Source: an uncultured Aliarcobacter sp. (GTDB taxonomy: Bacteria; Campylobacterota; Campylobacteria; Campylobacterales; Arcobacteraceae). Taken from it: a stretch of 64,000 nt of DNA. The notes below the pieces were generated by a model, which had not been told where the DNA came from, made no database searches, and worked only from the letters and a program-made list of their open reading frames with translations. Where the stretch lies: contig CAXXLV010000002.1 in the NCBI GenBank assembly GCA_963664305.2, positions 320,001 through 384,000 of the forward strand. Reading direction: 5' to 3'. Shown here in pieces: positions 10,147 to 20,134 of the stretch. Within the stretch, counting starts at the first letter, position 1, and every line of letters starts with the position of its first letter. Made by a program: the position numbers and the translations under genes.

Positions 10147-10929
10147 ATGTATACAAAGTTGATGAATGAATCTTTGAAAACTCTTATTGAAAATAGACAG
10201 GCTTTATTTAAAGCTTTAATTATTCCTTTAATCTTTTTACTTATTATAAATATTTTTTTCCCAAAATTAATTATGTTAGATGGAAAATTAGTATTCGCAA
10301 ATGATGCTGAAAAATATATTGCAATTTTATTTTTTTTACTTTCTTTTATTGTAAATTTATCAATTGCTATTTCTGTACATAGAATAATTTTAATAAACGA
10401 TAATATTTCACCATGGAATAGTGTAAAAACAACAAAAAGAGAATGGAAGTTTTTTTATAGGTCATCACTTCTTGGGATTATTTCTATTATAGCCTTTTTA
10501 ATAATCTTCTTTTTCTCAACAGCATTGTTTAATATGTTTATGGGAAAGCTCTCAGTAGTTTTTGCAACTATTCTTTCTTCTACAGTTACTTTAATTATTT
10601 TGAGTAGATTTTCTATGATTCTTCCTGCTGTTGCAATTGATGAAAAAATGGATTTTTATGATACTTGGACTTTAACAAAAAATTATAAATTTTTATCTAT
10701 GTTTATGGTAATTATTTTTCCAATTTTAATTTCTATTTTAATAGCCGTTGTTTATGGTTTAATTATAAAATTTCTTACAGGTATTTCTCCTCATTTCGAA
10801 ATCTTATATGTATTATTAAATCTTTTTATTACAACATTAGTTATTAGTTGTTTATCTGTTACATACTCATATATAAAAGAACAAACAAATAAAGATATGA
10901 TAGAAAACTTTGAAAAAATTGATAGTTAG
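10147..10929 (+). CDS. Integral membrane protein
   Basis: ~6 TM helices; AISVHRIIL, SRFSMILPAVAID. Confidence 0.75.
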   Translation: MYTKLMNESLKTLIENRQALFKALIIPLIFLLIINIFFPKLIMLDGKLVFANDAEKYIAILFFLLSFIVNLSIAISVHRIILINDNISPWNSVKTTKREWKFFYRSSLLGIISIIAFLIIFFFSTALFNMFMGKLSVVFATILSSTVTLIILSRFSMILPAVAIDEKMDFYDTWTLTKNYKFLSMFMVIIFPILISILIAVVYGLIIKFLTGISPHFEILYVLLNLFITTLVISCLSVTYSYIKEQTNKDMIENFEKIDS

Positions 10930-10953
10930 TTTTTGAAAAAGTATTTTTTAGCT

Positions 10954-10987
10954 AAGATAATCTTATGAATTACAATAAGATTATCTT
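10954..10987. terminator. Hairpin between convergent genes
   Basis: aagataatcttat / ataagattatctt 13-bp stem. Confidence 0.6.
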
Positions 10988-11022
10988 CACTTTACTGATG
11001 TTATATATCTTAGCAGATATTA

Positions 11023-12135
11023 TTAAGAGTTACTTTTTTTAAATTTTGAAAAGATATTTGAAATAAATGGAACTATTAAAACAACAACATAACCTACAAT
11101 CGCCCCTAAAACAATCTCACTTAAAAATCCTCCAAGAGGAATAGCTTTTAAAATCTCATCAAATGAGTGTAAAATATGTGTTTCGTGAGAGATAATTCCT
11201 CCTCCAACAGCAAGCATAGCAATCGTTCCTAAAATACCAATAGTTTTTATGATATAAGGCATTGATTTTACAAATCCATCACCAATAGTTTTTAATATTG
11301 CACTTTTTTTCTCTTGTAAATAAAATCCTATATCATCAAGTTTTATAATAAATGCAACAATCCCATATACAAAGATTGTTGTTAAAATCCCAACAAGAAA
11401 TAAAACAGAAACTTTTGTTAAAAAATCAGTATTTTCTATCAAACTAAGACTTATAACTATAATTTCAAAAGATAAAATAAAGTCAGTTTTTACTGCACTT
11501 TTTACTTTTGCATCTTCTAATTTTTCACTTGAAAGTTCTTTTATAGTCTCTTTAACATCATCTACTTCATGATGATTTCCAAATTTTTCTAAGATACTTT
11601 CAACCCCTTCATAAGCTAGATAGGCTCCCCCTAAAATTAAAATAGGACCAATAAGCCAAGGAGAGATATAACTTAAAAGTAAAACAACAGGAATAATGAT
11701 AAATTTATTTTTAAAACTTCCAAGTGCAATTTTATAAACAATAGGAAGTTCTCTAAGTGCTGCTTTTCTTTTTGCTTCAAGAATTGCTAAATTTCTAATA
11801 TTTTCAAGTTCAGCTAAAATCTTTTTTTGTTCATTAACATCAAGTTTTTCAATATTTTCTTTAAACTCTTCAACAGATTTTGCTTTTTCTAACTCTTTTT
11901 TCAAAATATCAGAAGTTGTTTCATTTGTAAAATTTGCAATAGCAGCTAAGTCATCAACTAAAAGACCACTAGATTTTACACTTGCAAGTTTTGTGTAAGT
12001 CGCAATATCATCAAACAGCAATCCTATATCATCGAGTGATGTTGCTAAACTTTTGGCAGTTGTTGCCATAGTTTTTCCAGCAAGTGAACTTATATCATCT
12101 GCTAAAACTGATAAATAGCCTAATATTCCAGCCAA
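11023..12135 (-). CDS. DUF808 (YedI-like) membrane protein with N-terminal insertion
   Basis: LFDDIA, RELPIV..IALGS.KNK, YEGVE, TDFILSFEI, IIKLDD, GTIAML.VGGGI. Confidence 0.85.
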   Translation of the reverse strand: MAGILGYLSVLADDISSLAGKTMATTAKSLATSLDDIGLLFDDIATYTKLASVKSSGLLVDDLAAIANFTNETTSDILKKELEKAKSVEEFKENIEKLDVNEQKKILAELENIRNLAILEAKRKAALRELPIVYKIALGSFKNKFIIIPVVLLLSYISPWLIGPILILGGAYLAYEGVESILEKFGNHHEVDDVKETIKELSSEKLEDAKVKSAVKTDFILSFEIIVISLSLIENTDFLTKVSVLFLVGILTTIFVYGIVAFIIKLDDIGFYLQEKKSAILKTIGDGFVKSMPYIIKTIGILGTIAMLAVGGGIISHETHILHSFDEILKAIPLGGFLSEIVLGAIVGYVVVLIVPFISNIFSKFKKSNS

Positions 12136-12262
12136 TTATAATCCTTCAAAATAATTTAATATGTAATGATATTTAATAGTTACTTAGAAAGATTTTTTAT
12201 TAAAAAATTTATTTGTATATTTTTTAAACACTAAAACTATTCAATAAAGATTAATTTTTATT

Positions 12263-12268
12263 TATAAT
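12263..12268 (+). promoter_or_regulatory. sigma70 -10 box of the guanidine operon
   Basis: TATAAT ~50 nt upstream of the aptamer, followed by agaggc/gcctct hairpin (12287-12304) at the predicted 5' end. Confidence 0.55.
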
Positions 12269-12316
12269 TACTTTATCAAACATGTTAGAGGCAATTTCGC
12301 CTCTTGAAGAACTGCA

Positions 12317-12410
12317 AAGATGGCTAGGGTTCCGAACTTTTTAAGTTGACTGGTCCGAGAGCTATCGACTCTTAAATTAGAGTTACACGGAGGGATAAAA
12401 GCCCGGGAGG
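12317..12410 (+). ncRNA. Guanidine-I (ykkC-yxkD) riboswitch aptamer
   Basis: P1 gatggct/agctatc with CTAGGGTTCCG and CTGGTCCGAG; P2 gactct/agagtt; 3' ACACGGAGGGATAAAAGCCCGGGAG; upstream of guanidine catabolic genes. Confidence 0.95.
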
Positions 12411-12440
12411 TGAAAACCTCTTACGTGTTTAATTTTATTT
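12405..12440 (+). terminator. Riboswitch expression platform (terminator-like hairpin overlapping aptamer 3' end)
   Basis: gggaggt-gaaa-acctctt followed by a T-rich tract; mutually exclusive with the ligand-bound P3 tail. Confidence 0.6.
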
Positions 12441-12451
12441 AGGAGTAATAC

Positions 12452-13528
12452 ATGAAACTTTCGATTTCAAAAATCTTTAAACTATTGTCATTGGCTGTTC
12501 TATTTTTAGGATTAACATCAACTTCGCTTTTTGCTGGAACAAAAAAAGATTTCAAAGTTGCTTGGAGTATCTATGTTGGTTGGATGCCTTGGGATGTTAT
12601 CGAATCTCAAAAAATCATGGATAAATGGGCTAAAAAATATGGAATTAATGTGCAAATAGTTCAAATAAATGATTATATAGAATCAATCAATCAATATAGT
12701 TCAGGTGAATTTGATGGTTGTGTAATGGCAAATACTGATGCATTAGGAATTCCTGCTGCTGGTGGAGTTGATTCAACTGCTTTAATCATTGGAGATTATT
12801 CAAACGGAAATGATGCTGTTATTTCTAAAACTGCAAAATCAATCAAAGATTTAAAAGGAACAAATATAAACCTTGTTGAGTTATCAATTTCTCACTATTT
12901 ATTAGCTCGAGCTTTAGAAAAAAATGGAATGAGTGAAAAAGATATAAAAGTTGTAAATACAAGTGATGCTGATATGGTTTCTGCTTATGCAACTGCTGAT
13001 GTTACAAGTGTTGTTACTTGGAAACCACAAGTGAGTGAAATTCAAAAAATGCCAAAAGCAAATACTATTTTTGATAGTTCAAAAATTCCTGGTGAGATTA
13101 TAGATTTAATGGTAGCTAACACTCAAACTTTAAAAGAAAATCCAGAATTTGGAAAAGCATTAGTTGGTGCTTGGTATGAAATGATGACTTTAATGACTTC
13201 TAACTCAAAAGAATCAATCGAAGCTAAAACAATTATGGCAAAGGCTTCTGGAACGGATTTAGCTGGATTTGAAGACCAATTAAAAACTACAAATATGTAT
13301 TACACACCAGCAGAAGCTGTAAAATTTAACAATAGTGATGAAATAGTAAAAACTATGGAGTTTGTTGCTAAATTCTCTTTTGACCATGGTTTATATGGTG
13401 AGGGTGCTAGTGATTATGGATTTGTAGGAATTGAGTTTCCAAATGGAAAAGTTATTGGAGATAAAGGAAATATCAAACTTAGATTTGATGATACATATAT
13501 GAAAATGGCACTAGAGGGAAAACTTTAA
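12452..13528 (+). CDS. ABC substrate-binding protein, urea-carboxylase-associated family (probably guanidine)
   Basis: Signal peptide; AWSIYVGWMPW, NDYIESINQY, DYSNGND, LVELSISHYLL; first gene under the riboswitch. Confidence 0.9.
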   Translation: MKLSISKIFKLLSLAVLFLGLTSTSLFAGTKKDFKVAWSIYVGWMPWDVIESQKIMDKWAKKYGINVQIVQINDYIESINQYSSGEFDGCVMANTDALGIPAAGGVDSTALIIGDYSNGNDAVISKTAKSIKDLKGTNINLVELSISHYLLARALEKNGMSEKDIKVVNTSDADMVSAYATADVTSVVTWKPQVSEIQKMPKANTIFDSSKIPGEIIDLMVANTQTLKENPEFGKALVGAWYEMMTLMTSNSKESIEAKTIMAKASGTDLAGFEDQLKTTNMYYTPAEAVKFNNSDEIVKTMEFVAKFSFDHGLYGEGASDYGFVGIEFPNGKVIGDKGNIKLRFDDTYMKMALEGKL

Positions 13529-13543
13529 TTTTTAGGAAAAAAT

Positions 13544-14356
13544 ATGAAAAGGTTAATAAATGAAATTCCATCAAAAACAACAAATATTTTTTTGGGATTA
13601 TTACCTTTTCTATTAATAGTGATAGTTTATATAGGTTCTTCAAATGCTAGACTTGCTGAAAATCCAAATGATAAACTATTGCCATCAATAGAAAAATGTA
13701 TTGAAAGTATGAGTAAATTGGCTTTTGAAGAGGATAAAAGAACTGGAAGTTATATCCTTTATGATGACACAGTTTCAAGTTTAAAAAGATTGGCTTTAGG
13801 TGTAGGAATTAGTGCAGTTATTGCTTTAGTTGTTGGTATTTCAATTGGAGTTATTCCTATGATTACTTCAACTTTATCGCCACTTATTTGGTTTTTTTCA
13901 CTGATTCCAACAATGGCAATTTTACCGATACTTTTTATAGTATTTGGTTTAGGTGAGATTTCAAAAGTAGTTTTGATTATCTTAGGAATTACACCAATTA
14001 TGATAAGAGATATTTATCAAAGAGTAAGAGAAATACCAAGTGAACAAATCATAAAAGTTCAAACTTTGGGAGCTAATACTTGGCAAATAATAACAAGAGT
14101 TGTAACTCCTCAAATATTTCCAAGATTGATTGATTCTATTAGATTGACTTTAGGAACTGCTTGGATATTTTTGATTTCAGCTGAAGCAATAGCTGCAACT
14201 GAGGGTTTAGGTTATAGAATATTTTTAGTACGAAGATATTTAGCTATGGATGTGATTTTACCTTATGTTGTATGGATTACACTTTTAGCATTTTTAATAG
14301 ATTTTGTTTTAAGACAATTTAATCAAAAACTATTTCCTTGGTTTGGAAAGGAGTGA
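13544..14356 (+). CDS. ABC permease (NitT/TauT type)
   Basis: EAA-like loop, AWIFLISAEAIA..GLGYRIFLVRRY. Confidence 0.9.
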   Translation: MKRLINEIPSKTTNIFLGLLPFLLIVIVYIGSSNARLAENPNDKLLPSIEKCIESMSKLAFEEDKRTGSYILYDDTVSSLKRLALGVGISAVIALVVGISIGVIPMITSTLSPLIWFFSLIPTMAILPILFIVFGLGEISKVVLIILGITPIMIRDIYQRVREIPSEQIIKVQTLGANTWQIITRVVTPQIFPRLIDSIRLTLGTAWIFLISAEAIAATEGLGYRIFLVRRYLAMDVILPYVVWITLLAFLIDFVLRQFNQKLFPWFGKE

Positions 14357-14358
14357 TT

Positions 14359-15096
14359 ATGGGATTAATTAAAGCAAAAAATATTTGGAAAAATTACGGT
14401 GATAATATAATCTTAGAAAAATTAAATTTTTCTATGAATAGTGGCGAGTTTTGTACTTTAGTTGGACCATCTGGTTGTGGTAAAAGTACATTTTTAAGAA
14501 TGTTATTAGGAATTGAACAACCCTCACGAGGTGAGTTGTTTTTTGAAGATAAAGAGTATCCAAAAGAGCCAAGTGATGATAGAGGAATAGTGTTTCAAAG
14601 ATATTCAACACTAAATCACTTAAATGTGATTGATAATGTAATTATTGGTTTAGAGTTCAAAAAGTCGCCATTTCTTGGGAAACTTTTTGGAAAAGCAAAA
14701 AAAGAGGCTTATGAAAAAGCTGATGAGATTTTAAAGGCAGTTGGTTTATATCACTCAAGAACTAAATATCCATATGAGTTAAGTGGTGGAATGAAACAAA
14801 GATTATCAATCGCTCAATCACTTGTAAAAGAGCCAAAACTTCTACTTTTAGATGAGCCATTTGGTGCACTTGACCCTGGAATTAGTAAAGATATGCATGA
14901 ATTACTTTTGGATATTCATTCAAAACTAAATTTTGGAGTTGTGATGGTAACTCATGATATTAGTGAAGCTTTTAAATTAGGAACAAGAGTTTTGGTATTT
15001 GACAAAATAAAAGTTGACGAGGATTTTCCAAATAGATATGGGTCAACAATTGTAAATGATATAGATTCAAGTAAGGAAAGAAAAAATGAGAAGTAA
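14359..15096 (+). CDS. ABC ATP-binding protein (NitT/TauT type)
   Basis: GPSGCGKST, LSGGMKQR, LLLDEPFGALD; start after aggag SD. Confidence 0.92.
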   Translation: MGLIKAKNIWKNYGDNIILEKLNFSMNSGEFCTLVGPSGCGKSTFLRMLLGIEQPSRGELFFEDKEYPKEPSDDRGIVFQRYSTLNHLNVIDNVIIGLEFKKSPFLGKLFGKAKKEAYEKADEILKAVGLYHSRTKYPYELSGGMKQRLSIAQSLVKEPKLLLLDEPFGALDPGISKDMHELLLDIHSKLNFGVVMVTHDISEAFKLGTRVLVFDKIKVDEDFPNRYGSTIVNDIDSSKERKNEK

Positions 15097-15805
15097 TAAA
15101 GTGGTTTTAAATGAAATTTTCCCTTCAAGTGTAAAATGGTCAAAAATCATTAAAAGAGGGCAAACAATACAACTAAAAGCAAAAGGTGAAAATGCAAGTT
15201 TAAGTGCTATGTTTTACAACGCTTCAAATGTAGCAGAAAGATTTAATAGTGCAGATACAGTAAAAATCCAATGGAATGCATTTTTAGGAAAAGAAAAAGT
15301 TCTGTTTTCTGAAATGGGTAGAGTTTTATTTGCAATTACGGAAGATTCTACTGATGGTTTATTTGATATTTTAGGTGGAATTTCAAATGAAAGAGTTATC
15401 AAAGAGAATTTTGGAGGAGAAGCAACTTATCAAAGTTGTAGAAATGGTTACTATAAAAGTGATAAAGAAAACTTTTTAATAGAGCTTGGAAAATATGGAA
15501 TGACAAAAAAAGATTTAATTCCAGCACTAAATCTATTTAGAAAAGTAGATGTAAAAGATGGTTCAAAACTTGTATTAAGTGATAGAAAAGCAAAGAAAGA
15601 TGATGTTATAGAATTAACAGCACACATGGATGTTTTACTTGTATTATCAAATACACCTCACGCTATGGATAAAAGTGGAGTTTATGAGCCAAGTGATATT
15701 GAAATTACTATTTTTGATAGTGTTGAATTTAAAGATGAAGATTATAAAAACTATAGTGATGAAGCTAAAAGAGGCTTTATAAATACAAATAGATATTTTG
15801 TGTAA
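15086..15805 (+). CDS. cgdA: Carboxyguanidine deiminase subunit A (DUF1989)
   Basis: ERFNSADTVKIQW, LFSEMGRVL, SNTPH; paired with cgdB. Confidence 0.85.
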   Translation: MRSNKVVLNEIFPSSVKWSKIIKRGQTIQLKAKGENASLSAMFYNASNVAERFNSADTVKIQWNAFLGKEKVLFSEMGRVLFAITEDSTDGLFDILGGISNERVIKENFGGEATYQSCRNGYYKSDKENFLIELGKYGMTKKDLIPALNLFRKVDVKDGSKLVLSDRKAKKDDVIELTAHMDVLLVLSNTPHAMDKSGVYEPSDIEITIFDSVEFKDEDYKNYSDEAKRGFINTNRYFV

Positions 15806-15815
15806 GGATTAAAAG

Positions 15816-16436
15816 ATGTCAAAAAATATAGAAAATGCAATTTATAATGAAAAATTACCATCAGGTCTTCCATGGGCAGGTGTTATTAAAAAAGGGCAAA
15901 CTTTCAGAATTGTTGATTTAGAAGGTTGTCAAGCAGTAGATACACTTTTTTACAATAACGATAATTACAATGATAGATATAGTGCAAATGATACTATTAG
16001 AGAACAAGGAAGTATTTTTATTACTACTGGAACAAAACTTATTTCAATAGATGATAATGTGTTAATGGAAATTACAGAAGATACTTGTGGAAATCACGAT
16101 ACTTTAGGTGGACATTGTAGTGCTGAAAGTAATAGTGTTAGATTTGGTTTAGATAAAAAATATATGCATTCTTGTAGAGATAATTACTTAACAATTGCGG
16201 CACAACTTGAAATGAGTCCAAAAGATATTACAAATAATATTAACTTTTTTATGAATGTACCAGTTGAAGAAAATGGACATTTAGCAATAGTTGATGGTAT
16301 CTCAAAACCAGGTGATTATGTGGAAATGGTAGCACATATGGATACATTAGTTTTAATTTCAAATTGTCCACAATTAAACAATCCATGTAATGGATATAAC
16401 CCAACTCCAATACAATTAATTATTTGGGACAAATAG
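15816..16436 (+). CDS. cgdB: Carboxyguanidine deiminase subunit B (DUF1989)
   Basis: DLEGCQAVD, HDTLGGHCSAESN, HSCRDN, NFFMNVPV, SNCPQLNNPCN. Confidence 0.9.
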   Translation: MSKNIENAIYNEKLPSGLPWAGVIKKGQTFRIVDLEGCQAVDTLFYNNDNYNDRYSANDTIREQGSIFITTGTKLISIDDNVLMEITEDTCGNHDTLGGHCSAESNSVRFGLDKKYMHSCRDNYLTIAAQLEMSPKDITNNINFFMNVPVEENGHLAIVDGISKPGDYVEMVAHMDTLVLISNCPQLNNPCNGYNPTPIQLIIWDK

Positions 16437-16468
16437 TTAGTTAAAAGCCCAAAAGAGCTAATTCTTTT

Positions 16469-16513
16469 TATCTTATTAGACGACTTATAAGATATATTCA
16501 TACGGGACGGCCC
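16469..16513 (+). ncRNA. Guanidine-II (mini-ykkC) riboswitch, operon-internal
   Basis: Two hairpins with G-C closed ACGR tetraloops: tatcttattag-ACGA-cttataagata and ggg-ACGG-ccc, 9-nt linker, 13 nt before the aagga SD of the carboxylase. Confidence 0.85.
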
Positions 16514-16537
16514 CAAATTATACTTCAAGGATATAAA

Positions 16538-19500
16538 GTGTTTAAAAGAGTATTAATTGCAAATAGAGCTGAGATTGCAAATAGAGTAATTAGAACTTTA
16601 AAAAAGATGGGTATTGAGTCAGTTGCGATTTATAGTGAGGCAGATAAACATGCTTCATTTGTACGAAATGCAAATATAAGTGTACAACTTCATGGAACTA
16701 CACTAGAAGAGACTTACCTAAACTATAAAAAAATTATTGAGATTTGTAAAGAGTATAATGTTGATGCTATTCATCCAGGATATGGGTTTTTAAGTGAAAA
16801 TGTAAATTTTGTAAAAGAGTGTGAAAAAAATGGAATTATATTTATTGGTCCCACTTCTAAACAGATAGAAGATTTTGGATTAAAACATACAGCACGAGAT
16901 ATTGCAAAAGCAAATAATGTACCATTGTTAGAGGGAAGTGAACTTCTTACTAGTTTAGAAATGGCAAAAGAAGTTGCAAACACTATTTATTATCCAGTTA
17001 TGTTAAAAAGTACTGCAGGTGGTGGTGGAATAGGAATGAAACTTTGCTTTAATGAAGAAGAGTTAGTTCAAGCTTATGAAAGTGTTATAAAACTTGCTAC
17101 TTCAAACTTTAGTAATGGTGGAGTTTTTTTAGAAAAATATATCGAAACTGCACGTCATATTGAAGTTCAAATCTTTGGTGATGGAAATGGGAATGTTAAA
17201 ACTTTAGGTGAGAGAGATTGTTCAATTCAAAGAAGAAATCAAAAAGTTATAGAAGAAACACCAGCACCAAATATTAGTGATGAGTTAAGAAAAGAGTTAT
17301 TTGAAGCTTCAAAAAAACTAGCACTTGCAGTAAATTATAAAAGTGCTGGAACTGTTGAGTATATCTATGATACAAAAACAAATAAGTTTTACTTTCTAGA
17401 AGTTAATACAAGATTACAAGTTGAACATGGAATTACTGAAGAGGTATGTGGGGTTGATTTAGTTGAGTGGATGATAAGAATTGCATATGGTGATAACAAA
17501 CCACTACTTGATTATATTCATAATCCAAAAGGTCATGCAATACAACTAAGAGTTTATGCAGAAGATGCAAGTAAAAATTTCCAACCAAGTACTGGACTAA
17601 TTACAAAAGTTGAGTTTCCAAAAGATTTAAGAATAGATACATGGATTGAAGATGGATGTGAGGTAAGTCCATTTTATGACCCACTTTTAGCAAAACTTAT
17701 TTCTTATGGAAAAAATAGAGAAGAAAATTTAGAAAAACTACAAGAGGTTTTAAAAACTTCAAAAATCTATGGAATTGAATCAAATCTATCATATTTAGAA
17801 GCAATTTTAAAACAAGATTTTTTTAAAAATTCAAGCTTTTACACAAAAGTATTAGAGAAGTTAGAATACAAACCTTTTAAAGTTGATATTTTAAAATCAG
17901 GAACAATGACATCAATCCAAGATTATCCTGCACGTCAAAACTTCTGGGCAGTTGGTATTCCACCATCTGGAGCTATGGACAATCTAACACCAAGACTTTT
18001 AAATCATTTACTAAAAAATGATGAAAAAGCTGCTTTTATAGAGATGACTTTTATGGGAGCTACTTTTAAATTTAGAAATTCTACAACTATTTCTTTTGGT
18101 GGAGCAGATATGCAAGCAACATTAAATGGAAATAGTGTAGAGATGTATAAAGCTATAAATGTAAAAGAAAACGATGTTTTAGAGTTTAAAAAAGTTATTG
18201 GAAATGGAAATAGAACATATTTAGCTATCAAAGGTGGTTTTGATGTTGCTTCATATCTAGGAAGCTCTTCAACATTTACTTTAGGTGAGTTTGGAGGACA
18301 CTCAGGACGTGCGCTTAAAGCTGGTGACGTGTTAAACTATTTTGAAACTAAAGATGAGGTTTATGAAGAGCTTGCAAATAAAATAAATTTAGTAAATGAG
18401 TGGGAAATTGGTGTTGTTTATGGTCCTCATGGAAGCCCAGATTTCTTTACAACTGAAGATATAAAAGAGTTTTTTGCTACTTCTTGGGAAGTTCACTTTA
18501 ACTCAAGTAGAACAGGAGTTAGATTAATAGGACCAACTCCAAAATGGGCAAGAAATGATGGAGGAGAAGCTGGACTTCATCCTTCAAATATCCATGACAA
18601 TGCTTACGCTTTTGGAACAATAGATTTTACAGGAGATATGCCAGTAATATTAGGACCTGATGGTCCAAGTCTTGGAGGATTTGTTTGTCCTGCAACAATT
18701 ATCTCTTGTGAATTACATAAAATTGGTCAGCTTAAAACTGGTGATAAAATAAAGTTTAAACCTCTTTGTTTAGAAAACGCAGATTTGATGAATTTAGCTT
18801 TTGAAAAAGCAATTAAAGCAAATGAAGTTTTACCAAATTTGGCTGATTTTATTATTGATTTTGATGAAGAAAAAGCAACGCCAATTATAAAAACTTTTAA
18901 TTATAAAGAGTTAGATTTAGATATTGTTATTAGAAGTGCTGGAAATGAGTTTGTATTAGTTGAAGCTGGAGAGTTAAAACTTGATATTGAATTAAGATTT
19001 TTTATTCATGCTCTAATGACTTATATTGAAGAGAAAAATTTAACTTCAATCATTGATTTAACTCCAGGTATTAGAAGTTTACAAATCCATTTTAACTCTT
19101 TAGAGATAGATAGAAGTGAGATTTTAAAACTTGTAGAAGAAGCGATAAATTCTTTAAAAGATATTGAAAATTTAGAAGTAGAATCACGAACAGTTTATTT
19201 ACCACTTTCTTGGAATGACCCATCAATCCAATTAGCAATTGATAAATATCAACAAGGAGTACGACCAAATGCACCTTGGTGTCCTTCAAATATTGAGTTT
19301 ATTAGAAGAATAAATGGACTTAAAGATGTTGATGAAGTACAAAGAATTATTTTAGATGCGTCCTATTTAGTTATGGGATTAGGAGATGTTTATTTAGGAG
19401 CTCCTGTTGCTACTCCACTAAATCCAGCTCATAGAATGGTTACAACAAAATATAATCCAGCAAGAACTTGGACAGCTCAAAATTCTGTTGGAATTGGTGG

Positions 19501-20134
19501 AGCTTATATGTGTGTTTATGGTATGGAAGGACCAGGAGGTTATCAACTTTTTGGAAGAACTTTACAAATGTGGAACACATATAGAAGTACAAATGAGTTT
19601 ACAAAACCTTGGTTATTAAGATTCTTTGACCAAGTTCGGTTTTATTTAGTTTCAAGTGATGAGTTACATGATATTAGAGAGAAGTTTTTATATGGAAAAT
19701 ATCCTTTAAAAATTGAAAATGGAACATTTAAACTAAAAGAGTATAAAGAGTTTTTAGAAAACAACAAAAAAGAGCATACAAGTTTCCAATCAATGCGAAA
19801 ACAAGCTTTTGAAGATGAAAGATTGATGTGGAAAGAAAAAGGACTTGATAAATTTAATGTTCAAGCTGATGTTATTGAAGTAAAAAATGAGATTGTTTTA
19901 AATGAGAATGAAGAAGCCGTTGAATCTATCATGTCTGGAAATATTTGGAAAATTGAAGTTAAAGAGGGAGATAAAGTAAAAGCTGGTGAAGTTTTAGTTA
20001 TTTTAGAATCAATGAAAATGGAAGTTGATATTGAAACAAATATTAGTGGAACGGTTGAAAAAATTCTTTTTAAAGAGGGTGATAATATAAATTCTGGTGA
20101 TGTTTTAGTAATCATCAAAAAGGATGAAAAATGA
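16538..20134 (+). CDS. uca: Urea/guanidine carboxylase (biotin-dependent)
   Basis: Biotin carboxylase (ANRAEIA, HPGYGFLSEN, GGGGIGM), CT domain (HPSNIHD, KYNPART), biotinyl ESMKME; GTG start. Confidence 0.95.
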   Translation: MFKRVLIANRAEIANRVIRTLKKMGIESVAIYSEADKHASFVRNANISVQLHGTTLEETYLNYKKIIEICKEYNVDAIHPGYGFLSENVNFVKECEKNGIIFIGPTSKQIEDFGLKHTARDIAKANNVPLLEGSELLTSLEMAKEVANTIYYPVMLKSTAGGGGIGMKLCFNEEELVQAYESVIKLATSNFSNGGVFLEKYIETARHIEVQIFGDGNGNVKTLGERDCSIQRRNQKVIEETPAPNISDELRKELFEASKKLALAVNYKSAGTVEYIYDTKTNKFYFLEVNTRLQVEHGITEEVCGVDLVEWMIRIAYGDNKPLLDYIHNPKGHAIQLRVYAEDASKNFQPSTGLITKVEFPKDLRIDTWIEDGCEVSPFYDPLLAKLISYGKNREENLEKLQEVLKTSKIYGIESNLSYLEAILKQDFFKNSSFYTKVLEKLEYKPFKVDILKSGTMTSIQDYPARQNFWAVGIPPSGAMDNLTPRLLNHLLKNDEKAAFIEMTFMGATFKFRNSTTISFGGADMQATLNGNSVEMYKAINVKENDVLEFKKVIGNGNRTYLAIKGGFDVASYLGSSSTFTLGEFGGHSGRALKAGDVLNYFETKDEVYEELANKINLVNEWEIGVVYGPHGSPDFFTTEDIKEFFATSWEVHFNSSRTGVRLIGPTPKWARNDGGEAGLHPSNIHDNAYAFGTIDFTGDMPVILGPDGPSLGGFVCPATIISCELHKIGQLKTGDKIKFKPLCLENADLMNLAFEKAIKANEVLPNLADFIIDFDEEKATPIIKTFNYKELDLDIVIRSAGNEFVLVEAGELKLDIELRFFIHALMTYIEEKNLTSIIDLTPGIRSLQIHFNSLEIDRSEILKLVEEAINSLKDIENLEVESRTVYLPLSWNDPSIQLAIDKYQQGVRPNAPWCPSNIEFIRRINGLKDVDEVQRIILDASYLVMGLGDVYLGAPVATPLNPAHRMVTTKYNPARTWTAQNSVGIGGAYMCVYGMEGPGGYQLFGRTLQMWNTYRSTNEFTKPWLLRFFDQVRFYLVSSDELHDIREKFLYGKYPLKIENGTFKLKEYKEFLENNKKEHTSFQSMRKQAFEDERLMWKEKGLDKFNVQADVIEVKNEIVLNENEEAVESIMSGNIWKIEVKEGDKVKAGEVLVILESMKMEVDIETNISGTVEKILFKEGDNINSGDVLVIIKKDEK

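Noticed and set aside
12317..12410. ykkC variant classes (ppGpp, PRPP, ADP/CDP)
   Set aside because: Gene context (cgdAB, carboxylase, SMR) and the canonical 3' tail fit guanidine-I
16442..16456. taaaagccc matching the 3' part of the guanidine-I aptamer
   Set aside because: Only 9 nt; the gggag tail and P1/P2 motifs are absent, so no third aptamer can be supported
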